A DNA stretch of 64,000 bases from a virus: the IMG/VR virus record IMGVR_UViG_3300025154_000076, positions 1 to 64,000 of that record; one strand, 5' to 3'. Position numbers and translations under genes: made by a program. Under the pieces are notes generated by a model, which saw only the letters and a list, made by a program, of their open reading frames with translations, did not search any database and was not told the origin of the DNA. Position 1 is the stretch's first letter, and every line of letters begins with the position of its first letter. Of the stretch, positions 8,489-17,900 are shown in pieces.

Positions 8489-9361
8489 TTAAAATGGCAA
8501 ATCATCTGATTCTTCCGGCATATTAGGTCTTTCTTTTTTTTGTTCAGCAGATGGCTTTTTATCAAACTCACCTGAACTCAATGATTCAGCATATAAAGGA
8601 TTATTCTTTTCAAAATCTTTCACCTTTTCATCCACCTCATTTTGTTTTTCATTGATAATTTGTTCTTCTGTAACCCCTGTATTGTTCATATAGTTTTTCC
8701 ATGCCAAGAACATATCAATGTATTCTTCCACCTTAAATTGCTCTACCACCTGATCAGTAATTTCTTTTCCTGCATCAATATAAGCATAGGCAAGAGGTGA
8801 TCTGGCTATTTTTAATGCCTTATGAACCCTGTCTGAAAACCTGTTGTCGGTTTTATCATAAACCTCTGGATTAATAAGAATCATTTTATCCAACCAAACT
8901 TCATCTTTTATCCTTTTTGACTGATCTATGTCAGTTGCAAGAATTGTGGTAATTGACATTAACCCGGCTTTTGTTGCTACCCACAACACCCTTTTCATAG
9001 ATGGTTTTTTATCAATTTCCTGTACCATATGAGCAACCACCTGATCGCAATCTCCAAGAATCTCTATTTTACCTGAAGGGCTAAACATAGCTATCTTGTT
9101 CTGCTTATTAAGAAATTGAGTGGAATAATATGACCCACCATTTGTTCCATGATTATTGTCAAAGCATGTTAATTGCAATGTTCTCCCGATAAGAACACCT
9201 TCAATTGTCTTTTGAAAGTTTACCGTTTTTTCTCCATCGTAATATGTGAATATTGCAACATTGTCTTTGTATTTTACATCCACACGATAATCAGGGGTTA
9301 ATTTTGGATAATTTTCACCACCATGTTGACTATCTTTTAATTTTTCTTTCCATGTACTCAT
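8489..9361 (-). CDS. Putative single-stranded DNA-binding protein
   Basis: Acidic C-terminal tail EESDDLPF; located in the recombination block. Confidence 0.55.
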   Translation of the reverse strand: MSTWKEKLKDSQHGGENYPKLTPDYRVDVKYKDNVAIFTYYDGEKTVNFQKTIEGVLIGRTLQLTCFDNNHGTNGGSYYSTQFLNKQNKIAMFSPSGKIEILGDCDQVVAHMVQEIDKKPSMKRVLWVATKAGLMSITTILATDIDQSKRIKDEVWLDKMILINPEVYDKTDNRFSDRVHKALKIARSPLAYAYIDAGKEITDQVVEQFKVEEYIDMFLAWKNYMNNTGVTEEQIINEKQNEVDEKVKDFEKNNPLYAESLSSGEFDKKPSAEQKKERPNMPEESDDLPF

Positions 9362-9418
9362 TATTTTTAAGTTTTAAATTGTTTATATAATTGAAAATTT
9401 ATTTTGTAACCCTTTATT

Positions 9419-10003
9419 CTAATATATTGTTAATACTAATCCTCTTGATTTTTTATCTATTGACCATCCGTCTGGAATGGGTTCAATAAAATTAGTGTTA
9501 TCATCTTTAAGCCATCCATATTTTACCATTAAGTCCATAGGAAATTGTTGCATATTAGGGTAGTCAAAGGTTTGTTTGCTTAACCGGATGAAATGAAACC
9601 CTATTCTTAATGGAAATTCCTTACCCTCTCTTAATTGATCAAATAGTTTCTTTTGATATTTCCACCATTTGAATGATAATGCCTCATATTCCATACATGC
9701 CCTTGATTTAATTAGCATCCTTTTATTGCCATTGGTAATTATCCTTTTAGAATTCTTACTACTGGTTACTGAATAAGGAATGTATATTTTACCCTGCTGC
9801 TTGTATTCATTTATTTTGTACATGATGAAGGTTTCTTCCATTTGCATTGGTATCCTTCTTTTTACCCTTTTACCTTCTACCATCTTTTCAAATTCAGGAA
9901 GTTGTTTCTGTGTTTTAAACCCCTTACCGTCAAATGCTATTTTCCCTGTCTTTAGTGCTTCCCTAAATTCCTCCACACTATAACTTGTTTTTCCGTTGCT
10001 CAT
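9419..10003 (-). CDS. RusA-like Holliday junction resolvase
   Basis: SSKNS.R motif and acidic catalytic pattern FDYPN...PMDLM...GW.KDDN. Confidence 0.6.
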   Translation of the reverse strand: MSNGKTSYSVEEFREALKTGKIAFDGKGFKTQKQLPEFEKMVEGKRVKRRIPMQMEETFIMYKINEYKQQGKIYIPYSVTSSKNSKRIITNGNKRMLIKSRACMEYEALSFKWWKYQKKLFDQLREGKEFPLRIGFHFIRLSKQTFDYPNMQQFPMDLMVKYGWLKDDNTNFIEPIPDGWSIDKKSRGLVLTIY

Positions 10004-10020
10004 TAAATTTATCTTGTTTA

Positions 10021-10272
10021 TTATACATTAAATGTTCGTTTAACAAATCTCACTAAATTATCGTATTTACCTCTTTTATCGAGGTTAAAATCATAGTATC
10101 TTTTCTTTTCAGGGAATACATCCACCTGGTAATCATTCTTTGTCAACCTGAAATGCCATGCTTTAATAAAATTAAGGGATATATTACCCTTTTCACAAAT
10201 CTTCAACAAATCGAATTTATCTCTTTGCTGCTTTTCTTTTTTTTTCTTTAACTTATCGGAATCGGGAATCAT
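10021..10272 (-). CDS. Hypothetical protein
   Basis: ORF track. Confidence 0.55.
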   Translation of the reverse strand: MIPDSDKLKKKKEKQQRDKFDLLKICEKGNISLNFIKAWHFRLTKNDYQVDVFPEKKRYYDFNLDKRGKYDNLVRFVKRTFNV

Positions 10273-10423
10273 AATTAATTCATATGTATGGTAAAAACAT
10301 TATACTTATAATCCAATATTATAACCTGAACCACTGCCTTTACTCTGCCAACATATATAACATCATCAATCACCATCACTAATGTGGCAACCTCATTATA
10401 TTTTATTGGCTTTGTAAATGTTG

Positions 10424-10780
10424 TCATAATTCAAATTGGCTTAAATCATTTAATTGTAAATAGTCTACAATATCAATCTGTACATCTTTAATTTCAAATT
10501 GGTATATCTGTTTTGTACTTGCATCTACACATATCACTGTTGGTACTTCTAAAATATCCCTTTTTAATCCTTCTGAACCCATTATTTCCCTTGTTTGCTT
10601 TCCCCAACGAAGGAAATATGCAGGTTTATAGACAGGCTCGGTGGCTTCTAAGGCATTAATTTCTCTTGCCATTCGATCATGTTTTTCATAATTGGGTTCC
10701 CTTAATAAGGCCTCTCTCATTTTATCCAAACGAACCTCTTTCTCATTATAATAAATCATATTTATCTTGCCTATACTCAT
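10424..10780 (-). CDS. Hypothetical protein
   Basis: ORF track. Confidence 0.6.
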   Translation of the reverse strand: MSIGKINMIYYNEKEVRLDKMREALLREPNYEKHDRMAREINALEATEPVYKPAYFLRWGKQTREIMGSEGLKRDILEVPTVICVDASTKQIYQFEIKDVQIDIVDYLQLNDLSQFEL

Positions 10781-11193
10781 AGCTTATACCCTGCTTTGTT
10801 TTTCAATAAAGTTAAAGTTTTTTCTGTGAAATGAACAAATTTATGCCCTTGTCTTTTTCCTGATATGGAAATAAAGGGTTGCACAAAATCAATTTTATCT
10901 GCAAACTGATTAACACTTGCCAATGATTTCCATCCCATAAGGTCTGTAAATTGTCCTAATTCACATATATTATATGACATAAGGGATGCCACCTCTTTAT
11001 TGGTTAGCTTCAGTTCTCCCCTGTCAATCTTTTGTATTGATGTGAGAAGTTTCTTTGGCCGTTTAACTTTTGTTATTTCAAATACATCAGCATCCACCAA
11101 TTCTCCCTGGTCAACCTCTTTTTTAGGTTTTAACCCCTTATCCGGCTTTTCCTTTTTCTTCCCTTCCCAAAAGGTGTCTATTATATTATTCAT
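10777..11193 (-). CDS. Hypothetical protein
   Basis: ORF track; overlaps its neighbours by a few bases. Confidence 0.6.
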   Translation of the reverse strand: MNNIIDTFWEGKKKEKPDKGLKPKKEVDQGELVDADVFEITKVKRPKKLLTSIQKIDRGELKLTNKEVASLMSYNICELGQFTDLMGWKSLASVNQFADKIDFVQPFISISGKRQGHKFVHFTEKTLTLLKNKAGYKL

Positions 11194-11791
11194 CTGGTAA
11201 ATAGTTGTTTTTAAATTTATTATCTAAATATTCAATATACATTCTAAACTCCCTGTTCGTTTCTATTAAATTATTCACTGTTTTACAGGCATGTAACACT
11301 GTGGCATGGTCTTTATCTCCATATTGCTGTCCTACCTTCTCCAATGATGTCCTTTTTATTAATTTCATGGCAAAATACATAGCTATCTGCCTGCACTGAA
11401 CCACCTCTCTCTTTCTTGTCTTTATTAATATACTGTCCTCTTTAAGCTTAAAATATGATTCCACCTCTAATTTAATAATGTTGTAATTTATCTTCTCTAT
11501 CCGGTCTGTTTTAGTAAAGAGTAAAACATTATCCCCTTCTTTTATACCCATTATTTTGTCAAATAACTCGGCTTTGTCCAATAATGATAAGGCTTTTATT
11601 TCTGATTTATTATAGATAATCTTTTGCTTACCATGAAAAACTACAAATAAGGGGTTCGATGTCCATGCCTCCTTCATGCTGTTTAGAACACCCTTATAAA
11701 CCCCACCATTGTCCTCCGCTATTATCTTGTATTCCCTATTGAACCCTTGTACTCCCTTACTTTTACTTATTAAGCTTAGTATGTTCATCAC
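11186..11791 (-). CDS. Protein with DnaA C-terminal (domain IV) DNA-binding domain
   Basis: RKREVVQCRQIAMY...SLEKVGQQYGDKDHATVLHACKTV matches the DnaA domain IV signature; there is no AAA+ domain. Confidence 0.8.
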   Translation of the reverse strand: MMNILSLISKSKGVQGFNREYKIIAEDNGGVYKGVLNSMKEAWTSNPLFVVFHGKQKIIYNKSEIKALSLLDKAELFDKIMGIKEGDNVLLFTKTDRIEKINYNIIKLEVESYFKLKEDSILIKTRKREVVQCRQIAMYFAMKLIKRTSLEKVGQQYGDKDHATVLHACKTVNNLIETNREFRMYIEYLDNKFKNNYLPDE

Positions 11792-11808
11792 TCTTATGTA
11801 TTAGATAA

Positions 11809-12222
11809 TTAAAAAACAAGACACCAATATATCCCATGAACCATAATAATTTCTTTTACCCCTACATTTTTTCTTAAAAATGAATTTATGTTTTCATCTA
11901 ATTTTAGATTAGCAACTAAATCTGTTTCAATAACCACACCTTGTTTAGTGTAATTTTCTGGACACCTTAGTATTATCCAATTATGGGTTAGGTTGCATTT
12001 AAGATATAGTTTAAGGTGTTCGGCATAATTAGATTCTATAAATTCTAAAACCTCTTTTCCTGACACTGGCTTAATTTCTTTTGTAGGTAAAACTTCTGTT
12101 ATTGCTTTATTAATTGCTTTATAAAAATGTTTAAAATCCATAGTTGTTAGCCATCCATCTCTATTAACTGCATATTCAAACCATAGATTATCCGCTAATA
12201 CCCTTATTTCTTCTTCTTTCAT
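11809..12222 (-). CDS. Hypothetical protein
   Basis: ORF track. Confidence 0.55.
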   Translation of the reverse strand: MKEEEIRVLADNLWFEYAVNRDGWLTTMDFKHFYKAINKAITEVLPTKEIKPVSGKEVLEFIESNYAEHLKLYLKCNLTHNWIILRCPENYTKQGVVIETDLVANLKLDENINSFLRKNVGVKEIIMVHGIYWCLVF

Positions 12223-12242
12223 GTTATTATTTTTTTAACCCA

Positions 12243-12443
12243 TTATCTAATACACCAACCATCAAATATTTGCCTTTCAAAATCATCTTTGGCAACTATT
12301 AATCCTTCTTTTCTTTTTAAACAACGCATCCAATGATATGATACTGATGCAATACCTCTTTCAACCCTTTCTCCACAATGATTACATATAAGATAATCAC
12401 CAAACACCTTATCTTTTTCAAAAATTGTTTTAAAATCTTCCAT
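12243..12443 (-). CDS. Small Zn-finger-like protein
   Basis: CNHC...H...C pattern. Confidence 0.5.
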   Translation of the reverse strand: MEDFKTIFEKDKVFGDYLICNHCGERVERGIASVSYHWMRCLKRKEGLIVAKDDFERQIFDGWCIR

Positions 12444-12466
12444 TTCATCGTTATTTAATAAATAAT

Positions 12467-12676
12467 TTAATCATCAATCCATTCTTCATACTCCCATAAT
12501 TCAGAATTATAGTTATCATTACGATTAAAAGAAAATACAGATTCCTCATATCTTAAAAACCGTTTTTTATATTTAACCCTTTCTAACCATCGTGTTTCAT
12601 CATCAATAGTTAATGGAAACCATAAAAATTTAGAAATAATCTTTTCATCTCCATAATTATGTCTTTTTATTCTCAT
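12467..12676 (-). CDS. Hypothetical phage protein
   Basis: KFLWFPLTIDDETRWLE motif, common in small phage ORFs. Confidence 0.6.
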   Translation of the reverse strand: MRIKRHNYGDEKIISKFLWFPLTIDDETRWLERVKYKKRFLRYEESVFSFNRNDNYNSELWEYEEWIDD

Positions 12677-12838
12677 GTTGCTTAAAATAAAAAGGCAAGA
12701 AACAGGATTATTTTCCCCAGGTTATAGCTCGGTCGGCTATATGTATCCTGCTTCTTGCCATAGTTGAATAACATTTTTACTATTATTAGAGAGTGCTAAG
12801 ATATGAATAAATATTTATTTACAAAACTTTTTAGTCAA

Positions 12839-12870
12839 AAAAAATCCCCTCCATTAAATGAAAGGGATTC
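12839..12870 (-). terminator. Terminator after the lysis block
   Basis: aatccc...gggatt hairpin followed by a T-run on the minus strand. Confidence 0.55.
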
Positions 12871-12890
12871 TTAACTAACATGGAAACAAA

Positions 12891-13565
12891 TTAACGAACT
12901 AATAAACCTACTATAAATCCGGTTAACCCCCAAAAAGAATTGCGTTCATAAACCTTCTTTGGTGGAGGTAAAATATATAAACTTTGTGCTGATGTCATAC
13001 TTGCATTTGGATCCGCTAAGGTAAAATCAACTACTAATGTTTTTGGCTTCATCAACCCCTGACGTTTCCAATATTGGTCTGAGGTAAAGGCTACCTGATA
13101 AGAATGGGTAAAACTAAGTGTGTTTTTATGAATAATTCCATTCATAGTTAAAAATGAATCATCATAATTAAATACCCTTGATTTAAGTGTATCACCACTT
13201 GATGTTATTGTTATAGTGTCATATAGAGTTACTGTATCACTTTTTATAACTGATAACTGTCCTTCTAAATGTGAAACAAGGTTTTTGTAACCCCTTATTT
13301 TCTTTTCGAGTTCCTTATTGTTTTCAAAAAGGTTATCTGCCTGGTCTTTTGCCTGTGATGCTGTAAGGGCATAAGAATCTCTTTCTGCTATTATTCGGCC
13401 CCTTTCGTCTGTTTGGTTTCTTATTACTTTGTTACTTACCTCTATAACGTTGTTTAAACCCCTTATTTCGCTCTTTAGCTTTGAACGGTAGTTTATACCA
13501 ACGAGGATAAGAAACATTGCCAGTGCTAAAAAAAACCATATCCTGATGTTTATTTTTACGTTCAT
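12891..13565 (-). CDS. Putative spanin-like lysis protein
   Basis: N-terminal TM plus coiled coil; directly downstream of the endolysin. Confidence 0.5.
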   Translation of the reverse strand: MNVKINIRIWFFLALAMFLILVGINYRSKLKSEIRGLNNVIEVSNKVIRNQTDERGRIIAERDSYALTASQAKDQADNLFENNKELEKKIRGYKNLVSHLEGQLSVIKSDTVTLYDTITITSSGDTLKSRVFNYDDSFLTMNGIIHKNTLSFTHSYQVAFTSDQYWKRQGLMKPKTLVVDFTLADPNASMTSAQSLYILPPPKKVYERNSFWGLTGFIVGLLVR

Positions 13566-13568
13566 GAT

Positions 13569-14009
13569 CTATTCTTTATTTTTTCCAAACTCATAATTTA
13601 ACCCATCAATAAAAGATTGTGATAATCCTGCACAAAAAGACTTATTTACAGGGTCTAAGTCAGAATGCTGTTTTACATCTAATACACCAAACTTAGTGTA
13701 TAAGATAAGCAATAACTGTTTTACCTTATTTAACTGAACATCTGTAAATTTTCCTGAATTCCCAATAAGACAAACCCCTATACTTCCTTCATTAAACCCC
13801 TTTACATGTGCGCCATCTTCCAAAATATGCCTCCCTGTTTCTATTAATCCATCGTAAAACGAATCATAGGGATTAGTATCTATCTTCCCATTAAGAACAA
13901 CAAAATGATAACCTAATTCATTCCACCCCTTTGCTCTATGCCATGAACCTAATAATTCAGCATTGCCATAAGAACTATCCGAACAATGTAAAACAACTAA
14001 TTTTTCCAT
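13569..14009 (-). CDS. Endolysin, N-acetylmuramoyl-L-alanine amidase (T7 lysozyme-like)
   Basis: VVLHCS, GYHFVV, GAHVKGFN, SIGVCLIG and HSD...K.C motifs. Confidence 0.9.
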   Translation of the reverse strand: MEKLVVLHCSDSSYGNAELLGSWHRAKGWNELGYHFVVLNGKIDTNPYDSFYDGLIETGRHILEDGAHVKGFNEGSIGVCLIGNSGKFTDVQLNKVKQLLLILYTKFGVLDVKQHSDLDPVNKSFCAGLSQSFIDGLNYEFGKNKE

Positions 14010-14033
14010 AATATGTGTGTGTTAGTTAATAAT

Positions 14034-14264
14034 TCATGTTTTGGTTGTACCTCCAATAGTGGCAAGAAGGGTTATAAGTCCTGATAAAACACCACAAATA
14101 GCCACTATCCCTGTTACATCATAGTTTTTGTCATGTAACTGTCCATAGATATATACTAAACCCATTATTGTGGAAAGAATAATAACAACAATTGCTGTCA
14201 ATAATGAGATAGTCCTTTTGGAAGATGTATTTCCTTCTCTGTCTTGTAATAATTCACTTCCCAC
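14034..14264 (-). CDS. Putative holin
   Basis: Two TM segments and a G..SSKR N-terminal motif; upstream of the endolysin. Confidence 0.6.
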   Translation of the reverse strand: MGSELLQDREGNTSSKRTISLLTAIVVIILSTIMGLVYIYGQLHDKNYDVTGIVAICGVLSGLITLLATIGGTTKT

Positions 14265-14670
14265 TTCGTTGTGATATGTTAATTAAGTTTATAATAGTAT
14301 CATTTAACCGATCTATTTTACCTGACACCTCTATCCTTACATCTTCAATCTTACTACTTAGAGTATCTATACTTGAACTAACCCTTGATATTTGGGATTC
14401 AACAGCTTTAAACTGAATATCATTCTTCTCATTATGGTCTTTAAGCCTCATTTTTTCAGCATCCATAAGTTCTTTATTTTGTTTTAACATCAATTCGTGC
14501 ATCTTGAATTGTTCATCAACAAAAGATTTATCCGCTTTTTTATTAAACAATTCAGAAATATCTTTTTTCCTGTCTTTGTTCATAATGTAAAGATACGATA
14601 AAATAGATACAGCCATTAATATTGCTGATATAGCTACTGTTGCAGTAGGAAGGAATGGAATATTAAGCAT
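14254..14670 (-). CDS. Membrane-anchored coiled-coil protein (lysis-associated)
   Basis: N-terminal TM followed by a coiled coil. Confidence 0.55.
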   Translation of the reverse strand: MLNIPFLPTATVAISAILMAVSILSYLYIMNKDRKKDISELFNKKADKSFVDEQFKMHELMLKQNKELMDAEKMRLKDHNEKNDIQFKAVESQISRVSSSIDTLSSKIEDVRIEVSGKIDRLNDTIINLINISQRSGK

Positions 14671-14691
14671 AGTTTATTATTATTTTAGAAT

Positions 14692-14952
14692 TTACCCGGT
14701 ATAGTATGCATCCAGGAACACCTTTATTGCAGCAGCTAAAGCAGCAGCGGAGGCAGTAGAAGGGGTTGATACATCTGTATAATCAAAATCAATAATTTCA
14801 GGTGCTTTTATGTTATTACCTGTAGGACAAACAAGGTAAACCCTTGTACCCTTGTATCTTAATCTTAACCCTTCCTTTGGAATTATGTCCACATCTCCTG
14901 TAGCATGGGTTATGGTTAAGAAATTTGTTGAATCTGTTATTGTTTTTGCCAT
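14692..14952 (-). CDS. Hypothetical (possibly virion) protein
   Basis: ORF track. Confidence 0.6.
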   Translation of the reverse strand: MAKTITDSTNFLTITHATGDVDIIPKEGLRLRYKGTRVYLVCPTGNNIKAPEIIDFDYTDVSTPSTASAAALAAAIKVFLDAYYTG

Positions 14953-14988
14953 AGTCTTTTTTATTTAAAAGTAATCAAAATTTTTAAA

Positions 14989-17900
14989 TTAAGGTATATA
15001 AATACTACTTGACTTTGTTTCAGGCTTATCATAATATAATTTATTATGATATTCCATCAAGTCCTTATCTTTCCATAGTTTTTTTAATTTATCAGCATAG
15101 TCATCTATTGCTTTTTTTATTTCTTCTTTTTTACCTTCATCTGTTTCATTTCTATAAGCAACCAATAATGCATTTAATTCCTTGTAATCATCATCTTTAC
15201 CTAATTTATATTTTTTAGCATTATCTACAACCCATTTAACATCCTTATTACCATAAGGAGAATCATAGGATTCTTTAGCTAAACCAGTTAATTCCCATCC
15301 TATTTTGTCTTTTGCAGTTTCACTTCCTATATTGCTCAATCTTATTCCAAAATCTCCAAAATAAGAAAATGTACCTTTAATAAAATAATCAACTTGTCTT
15401 GGATCAAAACTATCTTTTGATAATTTTTGTCCTAATTTACCTAACCTACTTGACTGTTCTGTTTTCCTTAATCTAACATCAATATCTTTTTCATATTCTG
15501 GAATAATATTTTGACCTCTAAATGCATCATAATTGCTTGTTAAGGATTTAACCGACCCACTATTTGTAGTTATTCCTGTCATATCAATAGGAGATAGTCC
15601 TTTGGTAATAAACTTAACATAATCAGAATCAAATTGATCTTCTAATTTATCATCCAATACCGCTGCATCAACAAACCTACCAATTAACGAAGCCATAAGA
15701 CCTACCTCAAAAGGTTTGGGAATGGTAAGCCAGTGAATCCTTTTCATTCCTAATTTATGAATTGGAATATTATAAAATAAATCCCTCCTATAATTTGGTA
15801 AATTTTTATATTCTTCAATAATATCATCATCCTGATTTCTTATTAATAATGTATTAGCTATTTGTGGTAACATGGCGTAAATTAAAAATTTAGCTGTAAA
15901 CTGACCTGGATGCTTATGCATTGTTTTAACCAACTTACTGAAACCCCTTATTTTAGCATTAGTGAATGGTAACATATCATTTAGAGCAACCACATAACCC
16001 CCTATAACCTTAAAATCTAATAAATCTCTTGCCTCAAACGCTGCTTTTAACTTAGCGTCATAATCACTATATCCCTTTTTTTTATAATGATCATAAACAT
16101 TATAAAATTCTTCTATTCTTGTTTTCTTTTCTGAATTACCAAGTAACTTATCATACATTTTAGCTAAATCTGATGGCTTAACAAATATTGTATTTTCAGT
16201 TTTAGCCTCTTTCATTGTTTTTTGAATCATGTCATAATAAGAACCTTTATTTCTTAAATGATAACCAAATTGTCCTCCACCAAAAAGTTCATAATCATTA
16301 TATCCTTTTGTTTTATTTCTAAAATTACTAAACTTAGGAAATAAACTACTTATTACTAACCTATTTTGAAAATCTCTAATTCTGTTTCGTACTTGAAATG
16401 TGGGAAATTTAGTAACAGAAGGTCTTAATATTTTAGCATACGCTGTAAATATTAAAGGTAAATCATGCGATATATCGTGTATCCCTATTAATGATTCATA
16501 TATATCAGGACTAAACCTCCAATATTCTTTTTCCCCTTTAACATATATAGGAATAGTATAAGAATCTTTACTTTTTACCCTAAATCCTATTTCAGCTAAA
16601 TCCATCACATCACCTTCCCTCATACCTCTTTGAATTGTAAGCATATCCCTAAAGGCCACCATTGCCTCATTTCTTTTTGCATCCTTCATTATTTCATAGG
16701 TAGAGTTAATTAAAGCAACATAAGGATCCACCATATCTCTCGAACTCCCCTTTAATCTATGAATAACTTCCTTAACATTACCAATAGAACTCGTTCCATC
16801 TGAAAAAAATGCATTTTCAAAAATATCACCACCTATTTCTGTTTGTTTTATTCTTGCAAAAGCAATGTATTCAGCATTTAATTCTTTAATTAAATCATAT
16901 TGTTCTTTTGAAATACGCCCTTTTTCAACTGCAAATAAAAGATTATCATTAGCAAAATCCTGATACCTTCTTTTTAATTCATCATATATTTCTTTTTTAT
17001 CGGGATTATTTTTAATTATTTGATCATATTCTTTTATAATATCCTTAGCAACTAAATAATCATTTCTTTTTTTACCCTTTACTCCTAAACTTATTCCTGA
17101 TACATCTAAATGAGTAAAATCATATAACTTTTTATCTTCAGGTTTAATATCATTGAATTTCATTTCTTCAATTAACTCACGTACAGTCATATTCCCATCT
17201 ACATCTGTTCGAAGTATTTTTGTTTCTTTTTTTAATAATTCAGGAAAATTCTTTAATACTTCTTCAGGAGGTAATTTACCTTGTTCAATATCTTCTAATA
17301 TTTTTCTTTTTGTTAATCTATCAACAAATTCAATAGTTCTATCTGCTATCATTCTATTAGTATTAATAGCAATATCCTTTTCAAATTCTTTTCCTTTTGC
17401 TGGTTCAAATAACCATGTCCTTGTCTTTGGCATTCCAGTTTTTTCATCTATCTTTCTTTTCATCTCACCATTTACCATCCCTTTCTCCATAACATTAAAA
17501 AAAACATCATCATGCCCCAATGTTAACCTTGATAATATTTCAAAATCTTTATGTGGTAAAACAGATTCAACCCCCTTCACTTTCATTGCTTTTCTAAACC
17601 CATCTTCTCCATGAAAATACTGATTATCAACACGTGTTAGAAATGATGCTTTACTTTTAAAAGGTTCTATTAAAAATTTTGGAAATATTTTTCTTGCTAA
17701 CGACCTTTTTTCTGGATTAGATGAATGAATAATAGAACTAACAGATGATATTTTAGTTGCACTTAATAAGCCCCTCATTTGATTACTAAAATTACCAATA
17801 ACATCTTTTGTTGACTTATCAACCTTACTATTATATAAATCATATATTAACGCACTTTCTTTTGCTGCTTCTGGGTTTAAAACAAATACACGCAACCATT

